Shown in pieces: positions 24,538 to 38,883 of a stretch of 64,000 nucleotides of DNA. The notes under the pieces are model-generated. The model had not been told where the DNA came from. It was given only the letters and a program-made list of their open reading frames with translations, and made no database searches. The number at the start of each line of letters is the position of its first letter. The stretch's first letter is position 1. Both the position numbers and the translations under genes were made by a program. Source of the stretch: Syncephalis fuscata S228 (taxonomy: Eukaryota > Fungi > Zoopagomycota); NCBI GenBank assembly GCA_025786725.1, contig JAHLTZ010000018.1:439867-503866 (forward strand), in the 5' to 3' direction.

Positions 24538-24832
24538 AAAAAGGTAGAACAGCTAGCATTTCTGATATCAACTTGATAGGCACAGTTGCTTTGCCGATTA
24601 TTAATAAAGCAAATGACTTTATAACAATACACTACAATTGTGCTTGTTGGTTGTTACAATATATATATTTATTAAATGTTATAAAATATAAAACTAATCA
24701 CTGTTGAATTAGATGCCATACATCAAATACAGCAATAATTAGCTATCGTATTAAACGAATGATGAGTTAAGATGATATACGCATAAATTGTTAGACTGAA
24801 ATTCCACTCGTACCGATGCTAACATTGTTACA

Positions 24833-26828
24833 CTAGCCTTGCTCTACTTCTACCAGCATGGCACGTCTCCACCAACGACGACGACGTGTATAAGCACGTA
24901 GCCAAGGAGCAGATCTCCATCCCGACCACGTATTATCTGCATAGCTCCAGCCATCCATATCTATCAAATGCGGCGACGTATCTTGATCCACTTGCCATTG
25001 TGTATCCACCCATTTCCATCCGAGGGTCTGCTGTGTAGCTGTGTTGGCACTATTGCCATTGCCTTCGTCTTTATCATCTACAGCCGCTAGATCTGGACTG
25101 CCTAATTGACCACTGACCATGCCCAATTGTCGTTTGGGCAATAGATCAACGGTAGTGGGCGCTGGCAGCGTAAATAATTCACGGGACGGTGCTTCATGCC
25201 CTTCCTCGTCCGTCCTATCAATAATCGTTCGTTAGTCAGTAAATAATAGCTATTATTGTGTACATTTAATGCACTTACCATGGATATGGATCAAATGGAA
25301 GAAATCGAGTTAACCAACCAAGTCCTACCCACCAGCGTTGATGCTCAAGTAGAATAATACGATGGGTAAGACCTGTATGCATTGCTAGCATTGCCGCTTC
25401 ATCTTCCTCATCGCTATCTTTAATGTAATCATGTGTGCTGTAGTTAGAATATTGATCAGAGTCATTGCCACTAGCTGATCCAAAATCTCTTTTCTTTTCT
25501 AATGAAATAGAATTAAACAATGGATCATCTATATCTGAACTAGAGCTTGAAGCAGGTAGTTCTTCACTAAAACCAGCTGAGCCGTTGATAGAACGTGGAT
25601 GGGATTGTAGCTTTGCTTGAGCATCAGGACAAGTGGTATCCTGTGGCTCATCGCGCGATTCTTCTGGAATAGGCAGCATTGAATCAGTGGCCGTTGACTG
25701 GCCCACTGACGAGAAAGTAGAAGAGGTCGTTTGGCTGGAGGGACGTGATCGGCGGCGTTGTCGTAATGACGAATTACGGCGCTTTGTCTTGCTTCCAATT
25801 TGAGCTGCCAATGAGGCTGCTTGAATAAGCGGTGCATACAAAGGATTATCCTGGTGTGCATTTAATCGCCGTTGGAATCGCGAAATAACTCGTGGAAGCC
25901 AGCTAGTAGCAAAACGATACATAAACTGCATCCACGGACTACGCCAGCTAATTAATAGACCACCTAGTGCTGCTACGGACCAGCGTGCGCCCAATTGGTA
26001 GTTGAATAAACACCAGGGCGGATAAGAATAAAGCCACCAGCGTAGAATATCACCAGCTGCCAAATCAGCCCGTGCAGCCAATCGTTTCGACTTTAATCGT
26101 AGTCGTCCAAGACGTACATTAAGCGCATCTAATGTACGAGAGACGGCGCGTAAATCGTCAGCATCATCCCGTATTGGTGATGATGATACAATGGGCGCAC
26201 CATTAGCATCTACGGCAGTATGTGGTGCAGTTGGTTTTATTTGGCGACGTTGCCAATACCACCATAGAAATGCGCCTGCCACTATCCAATGAAGCATATA
26301 AATGTATAGCCATTCAGATGCTGCACAAGCAATCCACCAAAATGCTAACACTAACAGCGAACGAGATGGTTGTTTCCATTCAAGAATATCGAGTAGCCAA
26401 TCCACTGCACGGAAAACCGGTGCTAATTCAAGTAGAAGACGTGTGAGAGCAAATGGAGTGCCAGCCAACGTTGCAGGCAATCGTGTATGAGAAGAGGACA
26501 CTGAGGATGTACTGGTTGTACTGGCAATAGTTAATGTTGTTGTGGCAGGAGTAAGTGTAGTTGCAGTATTGACATCCTCAGAAGATGCCATTGTTGTTGC
26601 TACTGTTGCGGCGGCTGCTGCTGCTGCTGCCATATTACGTAGTTGACTATGCACACTACTGCTACTACTGCTACTACTGCTACTACTAGCACTGCTACTA
26701 CGATTACTGTTAGTGTCGTTTATTTGATGGCTAGAATCGCTCTTATTCACGGTCTTTGGTTCTGCCGTAACGTGAATATCTGAAAGTTGTTGAGTCGTAG
26801 AACGTAATAAGTAAAGGTCAAATGGCAT
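24833..26828 (-). CDS. Pex24p/Pex30-family peroxin (reticulon-like region + dysferlin domain), 2 exons
   Basis: EHQRWWVGLGW..PW|TDE, WKWVD..WQVD, DGWSYADNTW, YTRRRRW.R (DysF signature); upstream W..P.RSLLVL hydrophobic hairpins. Confidence 0.9.
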
Positions 26829-27635
26829 ACCAGGATGCCGTTCTGTCGAAGACTCCAGTTTGTTGGTCTTTGTTTACAATAAAGAGGTGAATGAGTGACA
26901 CGACGCCAAGACAGCAATAATTCTATTAAAACTATAGAAAATAAAGCTATTTAGGCAAAGAGAGAAAAGAAGACAACAAGCGCGATAAATTATCGACAAA
27001 TTACGTAGTAACTGTGTTCTACGACCAGTATTACTTGGTCAATTAACATAGCCTCTGCTTGTAAATAAAGAGTTTTAGAATCTGAATAGATAGCAAACTA
27101 TCCATATAGCATGTAATAGACGTGATTAACCCAATTCAGTAATACCTTTAAAGTATCAAAATAAAAGATATAACAATAGCAACAGCTACAATAACAATAG
27201 TAACAATTACAACGACGCCAAAAGCAATAATAAGGCAAAAAGCGGCACTTTTACCGTTCATTAGTAGACTTTTGATATCATTTACTAATGTTCCATCATC
27301 ACATGTGAGACACGTTGTTAAAACTGCTATTTACTAGAACTGTCATTGCTGTTATTACTGATTAACGACTTCCTTACATCGCTCGTTTGACTAATAATCT
27401 CTAATCTGCAACATAGCCATTCTCTTATCGCGTCACTATTGCTGCTACTTCTACTGACGATATTACGCGTACATAGTAGATCGGCTTTGAGGGAAAGGGA
27501 TCTTTGTTTATTTGTTAGGCGAGACTGTACATTCAAGCATCTGGATAACATTGTTGCTTTGACTTATACGCAACCGCAACGTTAGATTGTTTGTGGTTCT
27601 AGCCGTGTCATTGGACGGCTATTGATAGCGTCAAT

Positions 27636-30600
27636 ATGGCTGAACAATTTGCTAAACAGTCGCAGTATCAGTATGCGGCCAATTCCAATCTGGTACTCGA
27701 TCAGGATCGAAGTCGCATTCCACGACGCGACAATGAGCCGACCGGTGAGCCAGAAACGCTAGCGGGCCGTATTAATCCCAGGGAAATGGGTAATCGGGCG
27801 CAGCGAGAGAAATTGCCGGTAACAGAGGAAAAGAAACGTCGTGCACAAGAGAAGCGTGAAATTGAACAGGCCAAAAGACGTAATCGTAAAGAGGAAACGT
27901 AAGTGAATAATAATAATTAACTGACTAATTAATTAATATTTGATATAGTGGACGTGTGGGCAGTAATTTTAGTTCAGTTGTGGCGGCTACCGATGATTTA
28001 GAAGGACTTTTATACACGCCACGTACTAAAGATACTCGTGATGCGTATGAATTAATTTTATCATTTGTACACGACTTTTTACCTGATCAGTCACACGACA
28101 CAATTCGTAGTGCGGCCGATGCAGTTCTAGAAACACTAAAAACTGACAGTATGAAGGACTTTGACAAGAAGACAGCGATCGACGATTTATTTTCGCAAAA
28201 AACAACATCAGAACGATTTGCCCAACTAATTAGCTTAGGCAAGAAAATTACCGATTATGGTCAACAAACAAGCACGGATGGTACTGGAGATCGTGCTGAT
28301 GCCGTCGACGATGAACTCGGTATGGCTGTGTGTTTGAAGATGAAGATGAAGAAGATGAGATTGGTGTTGGTTTTGACGATGATGGCGACGTTGATTATGA
28401 GGTACATGAAAGCGACGGAGATGAAGCAGAGTATGAAGACGAAGATGAGGCTGCCGACAGAGAAGAAAGTGCTACGGTTAATGCAGCTACTTTGCTCGGT
28501 ACGGGCAAAGGTCCCAGATCCACAGCTGAAGAGGCTGAAGGCACAGAACAAGCGGATGTTGAAGATGAGGATGGTTTCCGTACAGTACTTCGTCCAGATA
28601 TGGTCTCAAAGACCAAACGTACACGTCGATTGGGCGCAGCTGCTGGTGCAAGACAGCGAAATCAAGCCATCGAGTCTGATTCCGTTGTTGGTATTCGATC
28701 TGCAGCACGGCATGAAGGCGACTTTCCAGCTCATGAAATTGATGCTTTCTGGCTTCAACGATTAGTTACCAGTCACTATTCTGATCCGCTAATTGCCCAA
28801 GAAAAGACTACCAGTGCTATGCAATTCCTTTCTGACGACGACCTTACAACACGCGATCGAGAAAACGAATTAATGCAACTGTTCGACTATGACAAATTTG
28901 AATTGGTTCAAGTATTAACACGTAATCGTGATTTAATTGTTTGGTGTACACGATTGGCCCGTGCCGGTACTGATGGTCCAGAACGCCAAGCTATTGAAGT
29001 AGAAATGCGCCAACGTCAACTTGACTGGATTCTACGTGAATTACGTGGTGATCGTCCAACTGGCGCTGATGGTAAAGACGGCACCAGCAACGATATGGAT
29101 GTAGATAAAACAATGGCGGTTGATGCTGCTGCTGCCGCTCCAGCCGAAGCACCTAGAGCAGAAGGCACCGCACCACGACGTCAACTCGATTTAGAAGCAC
29201 TTACTTTTCAACAAGGCGGCCATCTTATGTCGAATAAGCGCTGTAAACTACCTGAAGGCAGTTTTAAACGACTAAAGAAAGGCTATGAAGAAATCCACGT
29301 TCCAGCACTTAAGGCAAAACCAATGGGCGCCAACGAACGGCTAATACCGATTAAAGAACTTCCTGAATGGGCGCAAATTGCTTTTAAAAATGCCGAAAAG
29401 CTTAATCGTATTCAAAGTCGAGTATTTCCTATTGCTTTCGGTGCCGATGATAACATGTTACTATGTGCACCCACCGGTGCAGGTAAAGTAAGTATCAATA
29501 GTAATAATATTTATCTATGTATTTATTTATTTATGTATTTATGTATTTATTAGACAAATTGTGCCATGTTAACGATGTTACGAGAAATTAGTCATCATCG
29601 TGATCCTAATACCGGTACTATTGACTTGAATGCCTTCAAGATTGTCTATGTTGCACCAATGAAAGCTCTTGTACAAGAAATGGTTGGCAATTTTGGCTCT
29701 CGTCTTGCTCCATTCGGTGTTCAAGTAGCAGAATTAACTGGTGATCGCCAATTAACTAAGCAACAAATTGCTGAAACACAAGTCATTATTACAACGCCGG
29801 AGAAATGGGATATTATTACACGCAAGGCTAATGATCGTAGCTATACTAATCTAGTTCGATTAGTCATTATTGATGAAATCCATTTATTACACGATGATCG
29901 CGGTCCAGTACTTGAAAGTTTAGTAGCACGCAGTATTCGTAGTGTTGAACAGACCCGGCGACCTGTACGTTTGGTCGGTCTAAGTGCTACTCTGCCCAAT
30001 TATACAGATGTAGCAGCCTTTCTACGCGTTGATCCTGACCGTGGCCTTTTTCACTTTGATAGCAGCTATCGTCCATGTCCACTCAAACAAGAATATGTGG
30101 CAATTACTGAACGTAAAGCAATTAAGCGCTACCAAGCAATGAATGAAGTTACTTACGAAAAGGTTATGGAATACGCCGGCAAGCATCAAGTACTTATTTT
30201 CACTCATTCGCGTAAAGAAACAGCACGCACAGCAAAATGGATCCGTGATGCGGCCATTGAACGCGATACCATTGGCCAATTTTTACGTCAAGACTCGGCT
30301 GTTCGAGAGATTCTTCAGTCAGAAGCAGCTACAGCTAAAGACGCCAATCTACAGGATCTATTGCCATATGGCTTTGCTATTCACCATGCTGGTATGACAC
30401 GTGCAGATCGTACGTTGGTTGAAGATCTATTTGGTGATGGACACGTACAAGTGCTTATTTCAACAGCCACACTTGCTTGGGGAGTTAATTTGCCAGCCCA
30501 CACTGTTATTATTAAGGGTACACAGATCTATTCGCCAGAAAAGGGCCGTTGGGTTGAACTAAGTCCACAGGATGTGTTGCAAATGCTGGGACGTGCTGGT

Positions 30601-33600
30601 CGACCACAGCACGATACATTTGGCGAAGGTATTATTATTACATCACAGCAAGAAGTACAATTTTATTTGAGTTTGCTTAATCAACAATTACCGATTGAAA
30701 GCCAACTTGTGTCGCGTTTGGCCGATTCATTAAACGCAGAAATTGTTCTTGGTACCATAAGAAATAGAGACGAGGCTGTCCAATGGCTAAGTTACAGCTA
30801 TTTATACATTCGCATGTTGCGTAACGGACCATTATACGGTATATCGCCCGAAGAAGCCATCGATGATCCGTATCTCGAACAGCGTCGTGCTGATCTTATC
30901 CATGCAGCTTCTACACAGCTTGATCGATCGCAGCTTGTTCGTTATGATAGAAAGACGGGCAAGCTACAAACGACTGAACTAGGCCGTATTGCCGCTCACT
31001 ATTACATTTCACATGGATCGATGGCCAACTATAACCAACATTTACGACCACAAATATCGCAAATGGAACTATTCCGTGTATTTGCTCTTTCAGAAGAGTT
31101 CCGCTACATTCCAGTACGTGAAGAAGAGAAGCTAGAGCTGTCAAAGCTATTGGAACGTGTACCCGTGCCAGTTAAAGAAGGTCTTGAAGAGCCAACGGCC
31201 AAGATTAACGTATTACTACAAGCTTATATATCACAATTAAAACTGGAAGGATTTGCCCTAGTAGCCGATATGGTGTATGTAACACAGAGTGCCGGTCGAC
31301 TTTTACGTGCACTATTTGAAATATGTTTACGACGTGGCTGGTCTCAATTAGCACGCCGTGCTTTAGATTTGTGTAAAATGGTTGAAAAACGCCAATGGCT
31401 TTCCATGTCGCCATTACGCCAATTCCGACAAGTGCCAGCCGAACTTATACGTAAACTTGAACGTAAAGAATTTCCCTGGGAGCGTATGCACGATCTTAGT
31501 ATTGAAGAACTTGAACAGCTGGTCAATGTACCACGAGCTGGTCGTATTTTACATCGTGCGATACATCAACTGCCACGTCTTGAATTACAAGCACACGTCC
31601 AGCCAGTTACTCGATCATTATTGCGCGTCGAACTTACTATCACGCCCGATTTCCAATGGGATGAAAAGGTTCATGGTGCAGCTGAAGCCTTTTGGATATT
31701 GGCTGAAGACGCAGATGGTGAAATCATTCTCTATCAAGATATCTTTTTATTAAAACAGCGCTACGCTGAAGAAGAACACACTGTTACGTTTACTGTACCA
31801 CTCTTTGAGCCAATGCCGCCCAACTATTTCATTTCGCTAGTATCTGATCGTTGGCTACGTTCGGAGACTCGACTACCCGTTTCATTTAAACGACTTATTT
31901 TACCAGAAAAGTATGCGCCACATACTGAACTATTAGACTTGCAGCCATTGCCTGTCTCAGCACTGCGTGATCCAATCTATGAAGCAATCTACGCTGGTTG
32001 GGCCAACCAATTTAATCCAGTGCAAACGCAAACATTTAATGCACTTTACGGCACCGATGCCAATACACTTATTGGTGCAGCGGCAGGTAGTGGCAAAACA
32101 ATTGCTGTTGAATTTGCACTATTACGCTTGTGGAAGCAAAACAATGGTGCCCGTTGTGTCTATGTTGCACCTGTCCAAGAATTGTCGATGCACGTGTACG
32201 TGAATGGCGTCGTCGATTTGTTTCGCTCGACAAACGTATTGTGGCATTGACTGGTGAGACAACGGCTGATTTGAAACTACTTGAACAAGGCGATATTATC
32301 GGCTGTACACCCGAACAATGGGATGTTATATCTCGTCGATGGCGCCAACGTAAACTTGTTCAATCAGTTCGATTGTTCATCGCCGACGAAATCCATTTAA
32401 TGGGTGGCGATCGTGGCGGTCCTACTTATGAAGTTGTTGTATCACGTATGCGCTATATTGCTGCGCAAACTGGCCAGGCCATTCGTATTGTAGCATTAGG
32501 TGCATCCATTGCCAATGCACGCGATATTGCTGAATGGATTGGTGCATCTGCGCAACATACATTTAATTTCCATCCTATGGTGCGTCCAGTACCGCTTGAA
32601 GTCCATCTACAAAGCTATGCTGTACCGCATTTCGCTTCATTGATGCTTGCTATGACCCGTCCAGCTTATCAAGCGATTCTACAATCATCGTCGGCGAATC
32701 GACCAGCTCTTATCTTTGTGCCATCACGTAAACAATGTCGATTAACAGCAGCCGATCTATTAATGTACGCTGCAGCTGATAATGAACCAGATCGTTTCCT
32801 TGGCTGCCAGTCAGAAGAGCTTAAAGCACATTTGACGCAATTAACCGATGCTACGCTAGCCGCAACACTTGAGCATGGTATTGGCTACTATCACGAAGCG
32901 TTATCAACAACCGATAAACGTATTATCGAGCGACTTTATACAGCTGGTGCTCTACAAGTACTTGTGGCAAGTAAAGATACATGTTGGGGCATGTCACTGG
33001 CCGCCCATCTAGTTATTGTCATGGGTACACAGTCGTATGAAGGTCGTGGACATCGCTACATCGATTATCCAATGGCCGATGTACTGCAAATGATGGGACG
33101 TGCCTGTCGTACTGGCCAATCAACTGGCCGGTGTATTCTTATGTGCCAGACATCAAAGAAGGAATTTTATAAGAAATTCTTACATGAAGCATTACCAATT
33201 GAATCACATCTTGATCATTTCTTACACGATCATTTCAATGCGGAAATCGTTACACGCACCATTGAAAGCAAACAGGATGCAGTCGACTGGCTTACTTGGA
33301 CGTTTTTGTATCGCCGTATGACCCGCAATCCAAATTACTACGGTTTGCAAGGTGTAACGCATCGTCATTTGTCCGATCATCTATCGGAACTTGTTGAATC
33401 AACACTTAACGATCTAGTGACGGCACGCTGTATTAGCATTGGCGATGAAGAAGATGAGGACGATGCCGAGGCAGTGGAGGAAGTGACTCCATTGAATCTG
33501 GGTATGATTGCTGCTTATTACAACATTCATTATGCAACAGTTGAAATGTTTGGCGCTTCATTAAAGGCCACAAGTAAACTACGTGGTTTATTAGAAATTA

Positions 33601-34555
33601 TATCGGCTGCATCCGAATTTGAATCACTGCCATTGCGTCATCATGAAATTACGGTATTACAACGATTACAAGATCGACTACCGGTCAAATTAACTGCGAA
33701 ACGACTTGATACACCTGCGGCTAAGGTGAATCTACTATTGCAAGCACATTTCTCGCGACTTGAATTACCGGCTGATCTGGCTGGCGATCAACGTATGGTG
33801 CTAGAACGTGTGACACCTTTACTACAAGCATGTGTAGATGTTATTTCAAGTCAAGGCTGGTTATCGCCGGCATTAGCAGCAATGGAACTATCACAGATGT
33901 GTGTACAAGCTCAGTGGGACACTGATTCACCATTAAGACAATTGCCGCACTTTACAATGGATCGTATTAAACGATGTGAATCTGCCGGCGTCGAATTGAT
34001 CTTTGATGTTGCCGATTTAGACGACGAAAAGCGCAATCGACTACTGCAACTAAGCGATGATCAAATGCGATCAGTAGCTCGATTTGTTAATCGTTATCCA
34101 AGTATTGAAATGGATTACGAATTAGCTGTAGGTGGCGACGATGAGATGATAAGCCACGGGCTGGTCAACCATGCTATTGTAATATTCAACTTAATCGCGA
34201 CTATGATGGTGATGAAAACGAGTCGATCGGTCCAGTCATTGCGCCATTCTTCCCGCGATCCAAGGATGAAGGCTGGTGGCTAGTTATGGGCGATCCAGCC
34301 GACCAGACACTTGTGGCGATTAAGCGAGTTACATTACAGCGTTCGTTAAAGCTACGTCTTGAATTTACACCCCACCGATCGGGTCCGCTAGCCTACAAGT
34401 TGTACTTTATTTGCGATGCTTACCTAGGCTGCGATCAAGAATACGACATACAATTGGAGGCGGGCGAAGCACTTGAAGCGTCATCAAGTGAAGAGGAAGA
34501 TGACGAGGACGAAGAAGATAACAATGAAGACGCAGCGATGGATACAACAGAATAA
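27636..34555 (+). CDS. BRR2: U5 snRNP 200-kDa helicase Brr2 (two helicase-Sec63 cassettes); 2 introns, 3 apparent 1-nt deletions
   Basis: [23 protein letters not shown] region (IDAFWLQR), CAPTGAGK|[26 protein letters not shown], second cassette DEIH, Sec63 domains, C-terminal YLGCDQEY. Confidence 0.98.
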
Positions 34556-35400
34556 CTTGTAACGCGATGATTGAATAAAATTGTGACTACTTATAGCATA
34601 TTCGTAAATGAATATAATCGATTAACCTATCAACATGTATAACTACATAGTTACCTATTAAACTGTTGTTTAAATTGCAATATTATTAAAAACGTATATA
34701 AATAAGTCGGTGGCTAATACAGCGAATTTGTACAAATGGATAATGATACATTTACTTGGTTAATATTTGTTAGTTACTGGATGCAGATCAAGTATTATTA
34801 TAAATATAGTAGACTAATTAAATACAATTAAAAGAAGATTATATGTTTATTGGTGCTAGTTTGCATAGCTGAATAAGTACAGCCAAATGCAAACATGTTG
34901 GCAATACAGCAACATGATTAAAAGTCGAATAAACCAGACATTAGCAGAGACTTAACATATGAATGAACTAGGCGACAATTGTCAAATGGTTTTGATTTTC
35001 ATCGAATATATACCTAAAATGTATGGAACTCGTAGTTTAATTATACCGCCAGTACTAATGTTTTGGAAATGTTGGTTATTCTATGTTTGTAAATAGGTAC
35101 AATGTATACAATATAATTAATGTACAAATTAATAATATTTAATAACATTTACGGTCTATTAGCATAAATTATTTTATTGAGCACGCAGATCAAAATCAAA
35201 CCCAAATATTAATACTGATTTAGTATTGTTGGTCCTCTACACTTTTGTTCTCATACTTGTCTTTTAGCCTTCTATTTGTATTAGCACTTGTATGAATGTA
35301 ACATTGTAAAAAAGCTTGAACATTCTATTATAATTTCTAGTATGATATTCTAACACTGCGTTAATTAATTTAATAGCCATACTAAAACATATTATCTAAC

Positions 35401-36142
35401 ATGTCCAACAAAAGACATACACAAGTTGGTAAATACGGCAGCTCTATGAGCAACAAAAAAGACACACCATCTCACCCGGTCAACGTAAACTCGAATGGCA
35501 ATACTAACAACATTCCGTCGTCTTCATTAACCTCATCCGCAACCGCCTTTATGTCTGTTGTTGCTACTTCTGGAACTCAGCATTCGCTCAATGTAACGTT
35601 TCCAAATACTCACAGTCCTACTACTGTTCAAGAATTGCAAGAAACAGCTATACCAAAAACTCAATACCGTTTCGAGGAACTGCCAATTCCAAAATATAAA
35701 AAAAGAGCTCTATAATTGACTGGTTTGACCAATTCGAGCTAGTAGCCAATCTAAATCGTTGGGACGAGGACGTTCGATGCCGCTGGCTACTTATAGGTTT
35801 GAAAGACGAATATTTATACTGGGTAATAAACAAGCTAGAAGCTTTTGACCAAGATCCGAACAAATTTACTTGCGGGAATTATTCGCACAGTTTTTCCAAG
35901 ATAGATTTGGCGAAGATATATACGAGAGACGAGATCTTGATTTTCGTGAAGTCACTCGGAACAAAGGAGAAACATTCAGTGAATTTCTTTCGCGCGTATC
36001 CGACTTGGGTGTTCGGGCTTATGCGAGTGACGAGGAAATATTGTGTCAATTCCGTTGCTCGATTTCACCAGAACTTAGTATGGTATTGAGTTCCTATAAA
36101 GTTAACACTCTCGAAGATCTCAGGCCAGAGGAAGCGCAGTAG
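35401..36142 (+). mobile_element. Solo Ty3/gypsy-type Gag capsid-like ORF (no pol or LTR seen), 2 apparent 1-nt deletions
   Basis: Joining frames at ~35705 and ~35870 gives PIPKY..SSIIDWFDQFELVANLNRWDED..LKDEYLYW..LRELFAQFF..RNKGETFSEFLSRVSDLG.RA..EEILCQFRCSISPEL..L....NTLEDL, a retrotransposon capsid pattern including the MHR-like segment. Confidence 0.7.
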
Positions 36143-36577
36143 AAACGGTTTATCTTTATTCGTTTAAAGGTAGATAAGAAATAACACGAATGGGAGTATA
36201 AATAAATAAATGAATTTGCAGTAATTATATGAGTGCATAGCTCATAAGCACAATAAGCAAAATAAGTTAAAATTGATAGCAAATACAACTAACAATAAAC
36301 ATAACAGCACTTATTAATAAAACACAAATAGTATAGGATAGTATGATATACATTAGAATGGATATAACGTGAATTTATAAATAAAATAAAACATTATATT
36401 TATAAAAATATCATGAATATACCAATTATTACCACGTAAATGTCTATTAAATTTATTTACACTAATGATCATTAACAAGTCAAATTTGTAAAAAGTGTAA
36501 AAATAGAACATGTAAATATAACGACAACCGAATCAAGACGTAAAATACATACCGCATTTAAATTTTAAACTTGCACT

Positions 36578-37572
36578 ATGAATCATATACACGCTGCTAT
36601 TAATTCTTCCCTTCATAAACTCCCTTTGTTGCAAGGTATCGACTATATTCCAGTAATAGATAGTTATGAAGAGACATTTGCTCTTTACACAAGTACAGAA
36701 ACTGCAGACTGGGTCCATAATCGTAATGTTGACCAAAAAGCTCCAGCACTAATACTAGATATCAATGGTAAGCGCCAATTGTTTCTGTATAAACACTGCT
36801 ACGTGTATTAAGTAACGCTTAACTATTTGGTAAATTAGTTGGGTCACAACAACATACGCTTGTGTTTCAGCAGGATCGCGGCGTACTTGGTCATAAAGGC
36901 ACCACCGGTTCAGTTGTTTGGGACTCGAGTGTGATACTTGCTCGTTTTTTAGCCAAACACGCTGAACACGGTCTACCTTTACGCAATAAATCATGCATCG
37001 AGCTGGGTAGCGGCTGTGGCGTTGTTGGCATTACCTGTGCGCGATTAGGCGCAAATGTTTGCCTAACAGATCAGGCATCGATGCTACCATTATTATGGCG
37101 CAATGCAAAACAAAATCTACTAACTAATGATAACGATAGTAAAGAAGCGTCTCAACAAAAAACAACGACGAAATTAGGCCGTCGAACTCAACAAAAGCAA
37201 CGTAATACTACTAATAATACAATAACATCTTATGGATCAATCCAAGTGGCAGAGCTTACTTGGGAGGATCATGGTAGTTCATTGTCTATGGACGAACATA
37301 CAACATGGCAGTATTTATTTGCTAGCGATTGTGTCTACAACGAACATATTGTATCGATACTTGTTGGTACAATGAAACAATTAGCACACAAAGATACACT
37401 GGTATTGATTGCCCAAGAACTTCGATCAGATACGGTTCATTTGCGCTTTATTGATGAACTTTTTGCTTATTTTAATATTTGGCGCGTAGTACCAACTAAT
37501 GAAAGTAGCAGCGAGTCTTTTGCCACTGCCGAATCGTGTGTTATTATTTACGTTGCTACATTAAAGATTTAG
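36578..37572 (+). CDS. METTL21/Methyltransf_16 lysine methyltransferase, Rkm5-like, 2 exons
   Basis: TTGSVVWDSS, IELGSGCGVVG, LTDQ, LTW, ASDCVYNE, AQELRS; N-terminal DSYEETFALY. Confidence 0.88.
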
Positions 37573-38883
37573 TATATATTTAATGATGGTCTACAAAAGG
37601 CTTTTTGAAATGTACGTTATAAATACGTGTAATTTGTATGATCACTTCTGTGCTTGTTTACAACATGCTTTATTAAATAAAATATAGCAATACTCGTTTA
37701 ATAAATGAAATAGCCAACACAACCATCGTGCTGGCAACCGTGCATATACAACAGTGGCTGTGCATGATGAATGTAGTAGCTGTACGTTGCCAAAATCATT
37801 TTATACTTTGGTTTGCCATAGATCACTACTGCAGATCGTGCTAACAACAGCTTTTTACAGGCTTGACAGTAGCAGATTGCACTGTCACTGATGAAATTGC
37901 AGTACTGTTGCCAAATGACTGGCAATTGCGATCCGTAGTAAAACAGAGCATACAGCGAGATTTTCGCAGCGTATATTCAATATAACATAAAAACAAGCTA
38001 GAAATGCACTTATCATGTTAAAAAAATTGATGATATCAATTATCAGAGTAATAAAGTGATTTATAAAAGATAAGATTAAATAAGAGTAATACAAGTAAAT
38101 AATGTAAATAGTGTATGTACTTGACTAGTAAGCAGTCAACTACTAACACTATCTACGTAGCATATATGAAGTGTACAAGTATATGCAATGGATATATGCT
38201 GTCAAGTGTAAAGAAAGAGAAAGGGAAATGTGATGACGTAGATTGTGAGATGTGAGCCTGTCAGTCAATATTTATAAGACGCGAGTTTAATTGATTAATA
38301 AATGCAATGTGCAATAATAAAAGTCAATCTACCCAGCCATTGATAAATCATAGAACAGATTAATAGTAAATGAATAAATGCAAAATTATTTGACCCACAA
38401 AACTACACATTATCATAGAACATGTTGTCAGTATAATAACGAGTATAATAAAAGAATAAAAGTTATTTAACGCCAGCAATTATTATCACAAAACTGTTAT
38501 CAGTAAAACAATGAGTTTAGTAAAATGAAAAGCAATGAATAAAGGTCAATTGATTCTAATGACAGTATAATCATAGAACATATTACTAATAAAGACAATA
38601 ATGCAACGTCATTTATTTTAGTAGGTGAAACGATGACATACTAGCTTAAATAAATAAATATGCTATACATAAAATAGTCGAATAAACATGCATGTAATAG
38701 ATTGTGCTTCACTATAAGCATAATATTTACTAGGTGTCACCATTGATTGGACACGAGCGCTGTTTTATTCACTGGACAGCGAATACTCGCTGTGTTATTT
38801 TCGTTCTCATTCTTATTCATTACTTGCTAGCCCATATTTTAATTACCACTATTTTATTATTGCAGCTCGCAGCCATACTAACT

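Noticed and set aside
27636-34555. BRR2 as a pseudogene, split gene or programmed frameshift
   Set aside because: Essential gene with intact motifs and no slippery-site pattern at the breaks. Similar 1-nt losses occur across the window, so assembly error is more parsimonious.
37698-38094. Two short hydrophobic minus-strand ORFs as a remnant of a 7TM-family gene
   Set aside because: Only a vague resemblance (YCNF..C..LLLARS) to the TM3 of 20795-21773; not supportable without an HMM search.
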